Source of the DNA: an uncultured Thermoproteaceae archaeon | Lineage (GTDB): Archaea > Thermoproteota > Thermoprotei > Thermoproteales > Thermocladiaceae | Reading direction: 5' to 3' | Length of the DNA: 64,000 nucleotides | NCBI GenBank assembly: GCA_964575955.1 | Contig: CAZNTG010000006.1 | Location: 384,001-448,000, forward strand | Part shown: in pieces, positions 31,191 through 42,445 of the stretch | How the letters are laid out: the number at the start of each line of letters is the position of its first letter | How positions within the stretch are numbered: the stretch's first letter is position 1 | The notes under the pieces: generated by a model | Databases searched by the model: none | What the model saw: only the letters and a program-made list of their open reading frames with translations | What the model was told of the DNA's origin: nothing | Translations under genes and position numbers: made by a program

Positions 31191-33440
31191 CTTTCAATCC
31201 TCTTTTTGAGATTCAGGTTATAGACCACCTCAACGATATTGGTCTCGAAGAGTTTAGTCTTTCAATCCTCTTTTTGAGATTCTGTAGGTACCCCAGACAC
31301 AGGTTGCCAATTTGTCCAAGTCTTTCAATCCTCTTTTTGAGATTCTGCAGCTAAGTATTCAAATCTACCACTACCAGGACAAATAATGCTTTCAATCCTC
31401 TTTTTGAGATTCCTTTAATGGTCGCACGTTGGTAGGCATGTAATAGTATGAGCACTTTCAATCCTCTTTTTGAGATTCATCTTGCACATGTTTAACATAT
31501 GCGTTATGTAGTTGATAGTGCTTTCAATCCTCTTTTTGAGATTCCTCCCCAGTCTGAGGGTGGCAGTTTTATGTTCATTGCAATGTCCTTTCAATCCTCT
31601 TTTTGAGATTCGAAAATACAAAGCAGTTATGCTTCGATATTATATACGATATTACTTTCAATCCTCTTTTTGAGATTCCAGTACTGCATATACTACATCT
31701 GCATACTCGACACTGACATTGATGCTTTCAATCCTCTTTTTGAGATTCTGCAATATGTGACAAAACGTATGTCTACAATAGTCGTAGAGTACAACTTTCA
31801 ATCCTCTTTTTGAGATTCAATCAAACAAAATAAACAGCACTTATAATTATTATAAAATTGTCTTTCAATCCTCTTTTTGAGATTCTAATAAACGCATTCA
31901 ATGAGGTTGCCTCGAGCGGCGCAAAGTTGCTTTCAATCCTCTTTTTGAGATTCATAGTAGGAACTGTTGGTGATAGAGATGTTGAAGTTGTACGTAGCTT
32001 TCAATCCTCTTTTTGAGATTCTACTGTTATAGAACAAATTGACCGTTTTTGTCCTGAAAATGTCTTTCAATCCTCTTTTTGAGATTCATTGAAAATTTTG
32101 TACATTCTTTCAGTAACAATAACTGTCTTTCAATCCTCTTTTTGAGATTCGAAGGTATGGCTAGTGTATTCGAAACATTCATACTCTCTGAAGACCTTTC
32201 AATCCTCTTTTTGAGATTCACATATACATATTTGAAGGTGAGAAAGATCATGAAGACTAGGAGCTTTCAATCCTCTTTTTGAGATTCTCGTTGTACCTGC
32301 TACGACATTAATTATTTCATCAAGTATTGTCTTTCAATCCTCTTTTTGAGATTCTGTTTGGTTTGGTGTGGTGTTGGGCTTGGTTTGGCGTTGGCGCTTT
32401 CAATCCTCTTTTTGAGATTCCAGTGAAGCAGCATGGTAAGAGCATGTTACCAACCTTCCTAATTCTTTCAATCCTCTTTTTGAGATTCAAGTTTTGACTA
32501 CATAAAGAATGATTTCTGTCCATGTTTGTACTTTCAATCCTCTTTTTGAGATTCGAAAAAGCAAAAACTGCTTTTAAGAATAAGCAACTAGACTATGCAC
32601 TTTCAATCCTCTTTTTGAGATTCCACGAGGTGCGTGTAGCATACAACGACTACAAGACGATTGTACACTTTCAATCCTCTTTTTGAGATTCAGAATCAAA
32701 ATTGAAAGAAGACTTAGAGGAACTATACAGATCTTTCAATCCTCTTTTTGAGATTCCTAGATGAACTACCTAACGAGTTAGAGAAAATCTTTTCTAGTCC
32801 TTTCAATCCTCTTTTTGAGATTCCTCATCTTCACCATGCCAATGTTCAGCTGGTAGCCACGTATAGACTTTCAATCCTCTTTTTGAGATTCCAATATTGG
32901 AAACGTTTCTGGTATCATTTTTTCTAAAGCAAACTTTCAATCCTCTTTTTGAGATTCTCGTACATATTTGCAACAAGAGATGAACAGTTCTGGCAGACAC
33001 AGTACTCTTTCAATCCTCTTTTTGAGATTCTGTACCTTGTACAAAGTTTCTAAACCTGACTTGACATAGTCTTCTACTTCCTTTCAATCCTCTTTTTGAG
33101 ATTCTTGCAAAATTTGATAATCTTGACTATAAAAGTATTAAACACTTTCAATCCTCTTTTTGAGATTCCATAGAGATGCTAGTAGGAGGACTAGAGCTGT
33201 TACTACTGTCTTTCAATCCTCTTTTTGAGATTCAGATTGTTGAGTACTGTGTAGACCCCATGAACAAGATGTTTAACTTTCAATCCTCTTTTTGAGATTC
33301 CTAAGATATTGCTCTTACAGTGAGAACTACATGACTATTCAAGAGCTTTCAATCCTCTTTTTGAGATTCACGTGTATTTCTACATATACATCACATGCAA
33401 AACATTTGCATCTTATCTTTCAATCCTCTTTTTGAGATTC
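31191..33440 (-). CRISPR. CRISPR array 1, ~34 repeats / 33 spacers, repeat GAATCTCAAAAAGAGGATTGAAAG
   Basis: 24-bp CTTTCAATCCTCTTTTTGAGATTC every ~67 bp; ATTGAAAG end on minus strand; leader on the right. Confidence 0.99.
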
Positions 33441-33735
33441 AGAGATTGTTCATGTTTTGTGTTTTTCTTAAGTTTTTCCTATTTTACCATTAGAACATCC
33501 ATAACTTAACCTCAAATTACGACAAAGACTTCCAAAGAACAATTGAAAGTTTGATAATTCAGCTTTATTGTCTTTATAGTTTTTGTTTTATTCAGGTTCT
33601 GTAGTTGATTTTTCCTCTATATGTTGTCTATGAATATCTGTTCTTGATTATTTTTACTATTCCTGTCATGCTTTGGTAAGTTGTTTTTCTCATGTTTTGG
33701 TAAGGCAGATATTTTTTAATACATCTTTGTATTAT
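33441..33735. promoter_or_regulatory. leader of array 1 and divergent csa1 promoter
   Basis: AT-rich non-coding region with TATA-like elements; contains motif copy at 33590-33609. Confidence 0.75.
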
Positions 33736-34689
33736 ATGTTTTCTTTCAGAGAGTTGGCAAGGTATCTAAGGGTGCTTAGAGTTAGGGCGGTTTCTGACCC
33801 TATATCTGATGAGTATAGAGGTTGGTCTTGGTATAGAGAGCCTGTTAAGCCTCCAGGTTATAGGGGTTTGGCATTATCAGACATAGCTTATCTATATTGT
33901 CAATCTATGAGAAATGTTTACTTAAAATATGTTCTCAAGGTTGAACCTCAAGTTACTAGACCACTATTTGAAGGTTTTGTCTTACATAACGTTCTATATA
34001 GAGTTGTTGAGGATATTCGTAAGCATATATATGAAAATGTTGATATATCTAGACTTGCAAAACTTCTAGAAAATGTTAAAGATGTTGTTGAAGATATTAT
34101 AGAAAACTCTCTAAGTATTAAGAATGTAGAGATAGATAGCGACTATAAGAGAGAGCTTATGTTAAAGGCAGAGTCACTTTACATACATCTAGCAATGTAT
34201 TATGTAGGTGAGATCAGTCACGTATCTACTGAGATAGTAGATTTAAGACCTGATGCGTTAATATCTAAAGCTATACCTCAATTTTCTCAATTTCACGTTG
34301 ATGGTTATCTAGTAGGTCTATCAAGAAGACTTGTAGTTGATGCTGTACTATCCAATGTTATTGTAGAGTTCAAATTTGGAAATAGTGTAAATACAGATTC
34401 TGTAAGTACAGCACTTGCAGGATATGCAATAGCTATAGAGTCTGACTACGAGATTCCTATAGATTTTGGAATAGTATCTAAAATATGGTTTATAAAAATC
34501 AAAGAAGGTAAGTATGTGCCAAGATTTAACATAATTCCAGTATATCTTAGTAACGAGTTGAGATATAGATTCCTAAGTCTGAGAGATGAGGCATACGATA
34601 TAATATACTCTGAGAAAGATCCAGGTAAATCAAAATACTGCTCGGAGACGTGCCCATACTATCATATATGTGTGGGAGATAGCTCATGA
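33736..34689 (+). CDS. csa1: Csa1 (Cas4-family, type I-A)
   Basis: EYRGWSW...PVKPP, C...R.VYL, LAGYAIAIE, CPYYH.C; ATG 33736 likely start. Confidence 0.93.
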   Translation: MFSFRELARYLRVLRVRAVSDPISDEYRGWSWYREPVKPPGYRGLALSDIAYLYCQSMRNVYLKYVLKVEPQVTRPLFEGFVLHNVLYRVVEDIRKHIYENVDISRLAKLLENVKDVVEDIIENSLSIKNVEIDSDYKRELMLKAESLYIHLAMYYVGEISHVSTEIVDLRPDALISKAIPQFSQFHVDGYLVGLSRRLVVDAVLSNVIVEFKFGNSVNTDSVSTALAGYAIAIESDYEIPIDFGIVSKIWFIKIKEGKYVPRFNIIPVYLSNELRYRFLSLRDEAYDIIYSEKDPGKSKYCSETCPYYHICVGDSS

Positions 34690-35702
34690 AGACGTTGATC
34701 CTCTCAGGATATGGAGTGAAGCTTGGATTTAGGAAAGGTAGATTTGTCATATATAAGAGAGGTGAGAAAGTACATGAAGTTTCACCACTCGAGCTTGAGC
34801 AGATAATAATAACTACAAGTGGTATATGCATAACAAGTCGTGCATTGAGAGCATGTGCTAGATTAGGTATAGACTTAGTAGTGCTAGATCATAAGGGAGA
34901 TGTTACTGCTAGACTAATGCCCACATACGTAACACAGACAGTCGAAACTAGAAGATTACAATACTTAGCATTTATTGATAAGAAAGCTGTGGAAATTGCT
35001 AAGTGGGTAGTTCAAAGTAAGTTGGCAAATCAGGCAGAAGTCTTAAAATACTTCTCAAAATCACGTAGAAAGAGTATTGAAATATCTTCTAAACTACGTG
35101 ATCTTGCATATGAAATCGAGTTTAAATTGCTAGAGCTATCAAAAATTAACTCAGAAATACTCACAAGTGATGTTAGAGAGAAAATTCTAAGTATTGAAGC
35201 AGTTGCTGCAAGAGCATATTGGGAAGGATTTAGAATACTCATACCTGAAAAGTTGGGATTTGAGAAGAGAGATAGAGAATCAGTAGATATAGTTAACCTA
35301 TCACTAAACTACATGTATGGATTATTAAGACATGTATGTACAAAAGCAGCATTATTACTAAACCTTGACCCATATGCAGGATATCTACATGTAGATCGTT
35401 CAGGAAGACCAAGTCTAATCCTAGACATAATGGAGATCTTCAGACCTATAGCAGTAGATAAACCATTAATAACATTCTTATCATCAAATCACGACAAGAT
35501 TAATGCAATTGAAAATTGTAGACTAAGTCCAGAATATAGAGTAAGACTCATACAGCTATTTCTAAACAATCTAAAACAAACAGTTAAACTATGGTCAGAA
35601 AAGAACACACTTGAGTCATTAATATACAAAGCTGTTAAACATTTAAAAGACTACCTACACAATAAGGTAAAGTTGAAACTTTTCCACATATCACTATGCT
35701 AA
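34686..35702 (+). CDS. cas1: Cas1
   Basis: EA.AAR.YW, N..LNY.Y, LDPY.GYLH, L..D.ME.FRP..VD. Confidence 0.97.
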   Translation: MKTLILSGYGVKLGFRKGRFVIYKRGEKVHEVSPLELEQIIITTSGICITSRALRACARLGIDLVVLDHKGDVTARLMPTYVTQTVETRRLQYLAFIDKKAVEIAKWVVQSKLANQAEVLKYFSKSRRKSIEISSKLRDLAYEIEFKLLELSKINSEILTSDVREKILSIEAVAARAYWEGFRILIPEKLGFEKRDRESVDIVNLSLNYMYGLLRHVCTKAALLLNLDPYAGYLHVDRSGRPSLILDIMEIFRPIAVDKPLITFLSSNHDKINAIENCRLSPEYRVRLIQLFLNNLKQTVKLWSEKNTLESLIYKAVKHLKDYLHNKVKLKLFHISLC

Positions 35703-35980
35703 TCTTGGTAATATATGACATAACAGAAGATGAAGTACGCCAAAAAGTAGCAAACCTACTACTACAGTATGGATTTAAAAGAATACAAAGAAGTGCATAT
35801 ATAGGAAAAATACCAAACCACATACTGAAAGAATTAGAAATAAAACTTAGAAAAATAATGAAAACAGCACATGGAAATATACAAATATTCAAAATAACAA
35901 AACAACAATACAGAAGCAGAATAGAGATAGGATATAGAGAAGAACCACCACTAGATAGTGATATAGACGTTATATATTAA
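35696..35980 (+). CDS. cas2: Cas2
   Basis: LVIYDI, G..RIQRSAY. Confidence 0.97.
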   Translation: MLILVIYDITEDEVRQKVANLLLQYGFKRIQRSAYIGKIPNHILKELEIKLRKIMKTAHGNIQIFKITKQQYRSRIEIGYREEPPLDSDIDVIY

Positions 35981-35984
35981 TGAT

Positions 35985-36833
35985 TTAGAACTTATAGAGG
36001 TCTAGTTTTATAGTCTCAATATATTCCCTATCAAGTCTTGAGAACTTAAAGTCGCCTCTTACTATTTTAGCAGCTATCCTATCTGCAAGGATTATGATTC
36101 CGGACAATATTGAGTAAAGTGTTATTTTCCCTCCAGCTCTAGTCATAGATCCCAAGACCTCTTCTTTTATAACATTAATACATGTTCTGTAATCATAACA
36201 ATCTTTCAATATTTCTACAAGATACTTATCTATTCTCATGTCTAGATAATGTTTTAATACATCTACTTTTAATATGTCTGCTGACAATTCTAAAGCCTGT
36301 TCTGTAGCGTTACAAATATAGTAAATCGTTTTTTCACAAACACTCCACTTATCTGGAATATTTCCGTTTCTAGAATTAGCAATATCTTCTATACTTCTCA
36401 TAGCTTGATGATGACGCAAAACGGCTAACGAAAATATTGCAGCTAGATTTCTAGCAAGTTCTCTATCATTATACGCATCGTTAAATACCTTACAAAGTAG
36501 TCTAAATAGTATAGCCGAACTATATATCTCATGACCATAAAAACTGGCTACTTGTAATTTCCCGGACACTACATCCCTTACCCTGCTTTGGTATGCTTCA
36601 CAAACCTTACCAATATCGTGAAGTATTACTGCTAAAATTGTACTAACCTCAATAGGGCTAGTAGTGCCAATTAATTTAAATGTAGTCTTTAATCTGTATC
36701 TAATCACTTGCAGTGTACGTCTCAACATTAAACATGCGAAATATGTAGTGAATATCGCATGTTCCTTGAAGGATTCAATAATTACTACTCTTCTCTTATC
36801 TCTTTCTTTAGCTATAGCAAACGTTGCTAGCAT
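35985..36833 (-). CDS. cas3'': Cas3'' HD nuclease
   Basis: EH, LHDIGK...YQ, HE..S, HHQAM, LAD. Confidence 0.93.
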   Translation of the reverse strand: MLATFAIAKERDKRRVVIIESFKEHAIFTTYFACLMLRRTLQVIRYRLKTTFKLIGTTSPIEVSTILAVILHDIGKVCEAYQSRVRDVVSGKLQVASFYGHEIYSSAILFRLLCKVFNDAYNDRELARNLAAIFSLAVLRHHQAMRSIEDIANSRNGNIPDKWSVCEKTIYYICNATEQALELSADILKVDVLKHYLDMRIDKYLVEILKDCYDYRTCINVIKEEVLGSMTRAGGKITLYSILSGIIILADRIAAKIVRGDFKFSRLDREYIETIKLDLYKF

Positions 36834-36836
36834 GAT

Positions 36837-38723
36837 TCAATACCCTATAATTAGTCCTAAATCTCTACTATATGCTTCGTATTTCAAAATTGGGGCTATT
36901 AAATAGAGTCTCTCATTACCATTATGCTTAACATAACCTAATAATTTTCCAGCATTCTCTCTCCATCTTCTAAATATTTCATATAGATTTTCATCCTTAT
37001 CGACGACTATTTCTCCATTTTCTGTCTCATACAATGCATATACTTTATTATTATCTATAAGTAATAGATTTTTGTAATTTTTTACCAATATTTTAGCTTC
37101 TATAGGTACTAAGAATTTTTGTATATCTCGACTATTAACATATCTTTCTACTATATTCGTAACACATATGTGATCTACAGGTTCTGGAGGTACGAATAAT
37201 GGTAAAGCAATGTCATCTCTAATGAAGCTAAGCAGTTTCTTCAAGATGTTCTTAACATCTTTCATATCTATTAGAGGATTTTTAAAAATTTCAATTAGGA
37301 TTCTTCTATATTCACCATCCTCTTCTAATTCAATATTATTATACACGCTCTCAGCTATCTTAACGTAAGATTCGCCTCTCCAAGTGTCATACGGTAATCT
37401 CCACTCAATATTACCTATACTGCGTAGTTCATCGTATGTTTTAAGTGTTATATCGCTTCTGTACACCGAGTATAAGCCTTTGTTGACATCCATGTTTTCC
37501 CCTATGAGTATTACATGAATCTCTGCATTGTCTATCGATCGAACTTCAGGATCTCGTGCCACTCTGCCACAACGTTGCACTAATGATGTTATTGGGGCTA
37601 TCTCAGTTATCATAATATCGACATCTAAATTAATGCCGACCTCTACTACTTGTGTGGCTATAAGAACAAATTTTTCGTTCGAGGATCTCATTAGTTCGAT
37701 GAGCCTATTCTGAATGCGTCCTCTATCTAACATAGTGTATCTTGAATGTAGTAGAATTGTATTATGATGTGTATATTTGAGGTTCGAATAAATTTTCTGT
37801 GCAAGTTTTACACTATTCATTATAATTGCTACTCTTTTATCTAAATTCTCCCTTACTATATCACGTACATATTTCTCTAATTCCCCATAGTCCTTTACAG
37901 AATGTACGTAGGTGTTAATTCTTACTGATGTTATGCTATTTTCAAAATCTTTATCACTAACATTATGCTCTACAATTCTTATATTTGAGATATTTCTTAT
38001 CCTACTTTGATTTTCTCTACTTAGATTTACTAGTAATATGTCCATATTTGAATCTATTTCTTTACAGGCTTTGCAAAATGAAGATAGTATAATGTTGTCA
38101 ATAGCTTTCTTTACATACGTTGCAGATGAAAGCACTATAGGCACTCTACACACTGAGAGATTGTATATTGTTGAGACAAGTGCTGTCCATCCTCTTTTAT
38201 GTACGTTTACCGACAAGTATTCTCTCTCTGCACTATCTCCGGGAACGAGTATGTGATACTCATCAAAGAATACTAAAGATGTCAATATAGATGCTCTAGG
38301 TACATCATAATGTCCATAATCATACTCGTATTCGGGAACACATACCTTGTATAAATTAAACATGAATGAATCATACGTAGTTACTACGTATCTAGGTATG
38401 AAGTATGGAGCTTTTACAGATGGTTCAGCCCACATATGTTGAACAGCGTATGGGATTCCAATTATGCGAGCTCTTCCGCAAATGTCTTCGGCGAGTACTC
38501 TAGTTGGAATTACATGTATAACTCTATCAAAAAGATTATATGTGGAATTCCAAGCAGATCGACCTAACATCAGGCTAAGTGTGGATTTGCCATATCCAGT
38601 GGGTAGATTTAGAAATGCGTATACAGGTTTTTCTTCACAAGTTCTTTTATCGATATATTCGATGAATATATTAATTGCTTTCCTCTCACCTAATAGTTTT
38701 TCTATACCTTGTTCAAGCTTCAT
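36837..38723 (-). CDS. cas3': Cas3' helicase
   Basis: PTGYGKS, DEYH, SAT, LHSR, ATQVVEVG, QRCGRVAR. Confidence 0.96.
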   Translation of the reverse strand: MKLEQGIEKLLGERKAINIFIEYIDKRTCEEKPVYAFLNLPTGYGKSTLSLMLGRSAWNSTYNLFDRVIHVIPTRVLAEDICGRARIIGIPYAVQHMWAEPSVKAPYFIPRYVVTTYDSFMFNLYKVCVPEYEYDYGHYDVPRASILTSLVFFDEYHILVPGDSAEREYLSVNVHKRGWTALVSTIYNLSVCRVPIVLSSATYVKKAIDNIILSSFCKACKEIDSNMDILLVNLSRENQSRIRNISNIRIVEHNVSDKDFENSITSVRINTYVHSVKDYGELEKYVRDIVRENLDKRVAIIMNSVKLAQKIYSNLKYTHHNTILLHSRYTMLDRGRIQNRLIELMRSSNEKFVLIATQVVEVGINLDVDIMITEIAPITSLVQRCGRVARDPEVRSIDNAEIHVILIGENMDVNKGLYSVYRSDITLKTYDELRSIGNIEWRLPYDTWRGESYVKIAESVYNNIELEEDGEYRRILIEIFKNPLIDMKDVKNILKKLLSFIRDDIALPLFVPPEPVDHICVTNIVERYVNSRDIQKFLVPIEAKILVKNYKNLLLIDNNKVYALYETENGEIVVDKDENLYEIFRRWRENAGKLLGYVKHNGNERLYLIAPILKYEAYSRDLGLIIGY

Positions 38724-38725
38724 AT

Positions 38726-39964
38726 TTACTTTTCATAAATACTATATATCTCGTTCAGTAGATTTCTAATTAGAGATACATCGTAGGGACTCAATAATAG
38801 ATGTCCAAGCTTTCTACACTCCTGTGCTGAAGATGTTGCATATAAAAGTCCTATCCTAGCAATCTCGAATAGTAGTCTTTCACGAAGGATTACATTGTCA
38901 TAGTACTCTATAGCCATATACAGCTTCTCTAGTATTTCAAGTATAGTCTTTGATGCGGAGTCTGTATAGCCTTTAGCATATGCTCGTGATATCTCTTCAA
39001 CCATCTGTATAAGCTTCTTGAGTAAATTCTTAGCCCAGGCTTTATCTTGTGAGGCTTTATCGTACAATGTTTTTACAAATGCTATAATTGGGGTCTCTTT
39101 AATTCTCAGAGTAGACATACGTATCAGCTCCAATCTCTGTGTTTTGAAGGACTTTGAGCTATGTATCTCAAATATCTTATATACACCCGCTATCGTTGGA
39201 TGTTTCAGAGCTACGTATAGTAGTCTGACTGTCTCTGGGATGTAGTTTCGAAGAGTATTCCTAAGAGACTTATGTTCTTCAACTACCAGTTTCAAACTTT
39301 CAACTTTACCTACTTCCACTCTGCTATATTCTAGACACTCTGGAATTAATAAGAGAAGAGTTATACAATTTTCAGATACCGAACATAGACCTAGTATTGT
39401 CCCTACTATTCCCAACACTAACGTATGTAAACCAACTCTAAACTGCTTACTTATCTTTGTAGATGTAGCAATACTTCTCAAATACTCTGTATATTGAAGT
39501 TTAAATATATTTAGCGGTGCAAATTTATTATTCGGGTTCAACATCGATTTTAGATCATTTCGCATTTCTTCCAGAAGTTTCTCTTCATCTGTTATACCTA
39601 CGTACTCTTTATAGAGCTTTAAGAGAGTAAGTAACTTCTCCTTAGCTCCACGTAACTCTCCTACATCACTTCTCCTTACCAGACTTTTCAAATAGTCTAT
39701 TGCGCGAGGTATGACATTCCTGAGATCATTGCCTACGAAAGGTCGTTCTGCGGGTATTTCCTCTAGGAGTTTAATAGTTTCTTCAACTGTATCAATAAGC
39801 CCCCTTTTAATATCTATAGGGCTTATATTTATACTGTTATTACATACTTCTAAACTGCCATCTGAGTAGTATATTATGTATGCTATACTCGTCGTTAATA
39901 ATTCACGTAGAAGGAATGATCCTTCTTCTGGTAGATTTATGTTAATAATGGTAGATTTACTCAT
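38726..39964 (-). CDS. cas8a: Cas8a large subunit (type I-A)
   Basis: position between cas5 and cas3', size, P.N.FK..Y.EY.R motif. Confidence 0.7.
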   Translation of the reverse strand: MSKSTIININLPEEGSFLLRELLTTSIAYIIYYSDGSLEVCNNSINISPIDIKRGLIDTVEETIKLLEEIPAERPFVGNDLRNVIPRAIDYLKSLVRRSDVGELRGAKEKLLTLLKLYKEYVGITDEEKLLEEMRNDLKSMLNPNNKFAPLNIFKLQYTEYLRSIATSTKISKQFRVGLHTLVLGIVGTILGLCSVSENCITLLLLIPECLEYSRVEVGKVESLKLVVEEHKSLRNTLRNYIPETVRLLYVALKHPTIAGVYKIFEIHSSKSFKTQRLELIRMSTLRIKETPIIAFVKTLYDKASQDKAWAKNLLKKLIQMVEEISRAYAKGYTDSASKTILEILEKLYMAIEYYDNVILRERLLFEIARIGLLYATSSAQECRKLGHLLLSPYDVSLIRNLLNEIYSIYEK

Positions 39965-40833
39965 GTCTCTTCACCCGTCCATGGAATGTGTATAGTCTTG
40001 TCGAGAAATCTACATTCATAGAGTACGGTCTTCTCAGTACACCTAACCTTAGCTTCAACTCGAACTGGTTCTAAAAAGCTTCCTCTTCGAACTGGTATCA
40101 AAAACACCTTCGTCTTAATAGGTATTGTGTGTGTTCGTTTGCCATAGATGGTGTACCAGTTTTTGCTTGGTATTGGGAGAGGTTGAATTGTGATATAACT
40201 TCTGTAAAATTCTTCTATCTCAACAATACCAGCAGGACAGTAAAAAGATAACTCTATTTCTTTAATAGGCGGTTTATATATGACCTCTACACTATCTGTA
40301 ACCTCTACACTATCTATAGATACGAGACTCTCCTTCGACCCCAGCATCGTTATTGAATATGCACCTAATACTACATGATTGATGTCTAATGTCACTAATC
40401 TTGCTAACGATCTCAATAGTTCAATATCGATTATGTATAGTATCTCAAACGATACACTTGGGGAATATACTTTACCAAATCCGCAAAATCCAATGGGAGA
40501 TTTATCTTCACTTTCCCTTTGGTATGGAGCTCTTATTAACTTTACCGGATCCATATACGGCAATGGTAGTGAAATTGAATTATTATCATATCTAAATGTT
40601 GAAACTTTGATGCATGGTGTGAGTATTTCTGATGTGCTAACAATATTATTACCATTATAGTAAACTTCTGTTCTTGGTAATATTCCTACTTCTGCTAAAC
40701 CTCTTGCTAATGCTCCTACTAACGTAGTTGGTGGAGGTACGATGTAACTTTCTGCTGCTGCAGACGTACCTGGATATCTAATAGAAAAGCCCCAATGAAA
40801 GTGTCCTCGTACTAGTAGAGCTATAAGTTTCAT
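39961..40833 (-). CDS. cas5: Cas5 (I-A)
   Basis: HWGFSIR.P..SA...SY..PPPTTLVGALA, GSKESLVS. Confidence 0.95.
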   Translation of the reverse strand: MKLIALLVRGHFHWGFSIRYPGTSAAAESYIVPPPTTLVGALARGLAEVGILPRTEVYYNGNNIVSTSEILTPCIKVSTFRYDNNSISLPLPYMDPVKLIRAPYQRESEDKSPIGFCGFGKVYSPSVSFEILYIIDIELLRSLARLVTLDINHVVLGAYSITMLGSKESLVSIDSVEVTDSVEVIYKPPIKEIELSFYCPAGIVEIEEFYRSYITIQPLPIPSKNWYTIYGKRTHTIPIKTKVFLIPVRRGSFLEPVRVEAKVRCTEKTVLYECRFLDKTIHIPWTGEET

Positions 40834-40835
40834 AG

Positions 40836-41882
40836 TTACTTCTTCATGCTTTCCGAGAGCAATTGTACTATGTAGTGCTTTACCTCTTTAAATAACTCAT
40901 CTGGAGAGTTCATTAGACTAAGTTCCTTATCTTCAGGTAAGTCCACTATACTCCTATCAAGTTCATCAACGTATGCAAATACTCTAACACATGAGTTAGT
41001 GATAGTCCTGAAAGCGCTAGCACTTATTAAAGTGTCTCTAATATACGTCCTTCTATGTCCTGATTTAACATTAAATGGAAGTCTATCGCTTACTGCTACC
41101 ACTAGGCTAGCTACTTGGTAGTCTGGCATAAATCTACTTTGTTTTGCCCCAAACTTACCCTGTACAAGAACTAGGTATAGCGCGTCGAGCCCTGCTTCAG
41201 CTCTCTTAATCTTCTGTTCCGAATCTACTACGAGTTCTCTCTTAACCATCGAAGTCTCACCTACCCTAGATACGTCAAAAGCACATGACATCACGTAGAG
41301 AGCACTTCCACTTTCTACATAGAATATCATCTGTTCACGCTGTCCCCGCGCTACAGCTTTCACATGTCTTGTATGAAATTGTGGCTCAACTGTGGCTATT
41401 CCAGACTGTGATAAATCTTCCAATGCTGGTATAGCATATCCAAACATTATACATGAGGTTCTTCTCACAGGGACATTACCAGTATGCTCACCTGTGTGTA
41501 AAAATCCCCCTATATCCTCTACAACACATTCAGAGATTACCTTTTTCTCGTAAAGGTGTGCTCTATCCTTAGGATTTAGCCTAGTATCAACCTTCCAATC
41601 TTTAGGCTTATGATCGGGTACTCCCCTCTTAATAAACTCTTCACATTTGCAAAGCTCGCATACAGGTAGGTTTCTTAATTCAGATATCCTCGCTAGATGT
41701 GCTTGAAACGCGTGAGCGATGCATTCTCCAGATATCACTGGGACATACCTAATACTATACCCATGCTCTGTCTTTATAACTACAGGAGCTCTTCTATGTC
41801 TGGTGTAGTTTCCTATAGATTCAACCATATTCAGAGCTTCAACATTTATGAGGACTCTTGAAGATATTGAGAGCCAGACCAT
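40836..41882 (-). CDS. cas7: Cas7/Csa2
   Basis: NVEALNMVESIGNYTRHR, ISGE.IAH, EDIGGFL, FGAK.SRF.P. Confidence 0.97.
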   Translation of the reverse strand: MVWLSISSRVLINVEALNMVESIGNYTRHRRAPVVIKTEHGYSIRYVPVISGECIAHAFQAHLARISELRNLPVCELCKCEEFIKRGVPDHKPKDWKVDTRLNPKDRAHLYEKKVISECVVEDIGGFLHTGEHTGNVPVRRTSCIMFGYAIPALEDLSQSGIATVEPQFHTRHVKAVARGQREQMIFYVESGSALYVMSCAFDVSRVGETSMVKRELVVDSEQKIKRAEAGLDALYLVLVQGKFGAKQSRFMPDYQVASLVVAVSDRLPFNVKSGHRRTYIRDTLISASAFRTITNSCVRVFAYVDELDRSIVDLPEDKELSLMNSPDELFKEVKHYIVQLLSESMKK

Positions 41883-41884
41883 GT

Positions 41885-42445
41885 CTACTCACCTCTCTCA
41901 CTCTCCAATTCTTGTCTAGTAACCTTTGGTTTACTTAAAGCCAGGCTCGCAATAATGTGAGCAATATCTATATCTCTTCTCGCAGCATCTAAAAACCTAG
42001 CTATCTCACTCTCGGATGGATATACTATTCCTTCATTCTCATTCGGCAATGTATATACCGAATAGTATTTGCCTACTTCCAGAAACGGTTTCTCCGCATG
42101 TATGACTTTGCCTATCACGACTATGTCAGGAAATTGGTGAGAGAGGATTTTAATTCTCGAGTCAATATCATCATAACTGAAATATGGTCCTTCATAATCT
42201 AACGCTAGGATCTCTAGAATTTTACCCTCACCTAAGTCTAAACTAACTTTTGTAGCTTGGTTTAATAATGCTTGAAAAACTCTTAACATCTGAGTTATGG
42301 TCTCCTCAACTACTTCGTAATTTAACGCCGATGATAGTCTATCAATGTAGTTGTATTGCCTTCGAGCCACGAAGAATCTGAGCAATGTTATCAATCCTCG
42401 AAATTTACGTGCTGCCCGAAGATCTGTAACCTCTAGTGTTGACAT
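41885..42445 (-). CDS. csa5: Csa5 (Cas11 small subunit)
   Basis: Y.YIDRL..AL..E, P.E.E...FL, IASLAL; first gene of cascade operon. Confidence 0.85.
   Translation of the reverse strand: MSTLEVTDLRAARKFRGLITLLRFFVARRQYNYIDRLSSALNYEVVEETITQMLRVFQALLNQATKVSLDLGEGKILEILALDYEGPYFSYDDIDSRIKILSHQFPDIVVIGKVIHAEKPFLEVGKYYSVYTLPNENEGIVYPSESEIARFLDAARRDIDIAHIIASLALSKPKVTRQELESERGE

Noticed and set aside
31415-33000. Short ORFs within CRISPR array 1 (and 44947-46886 over the tRNA and array 2)
   Set aside because: They are translations of repeats, spacers or tRNA (NLKKRIE, ISIRGLK), not genes
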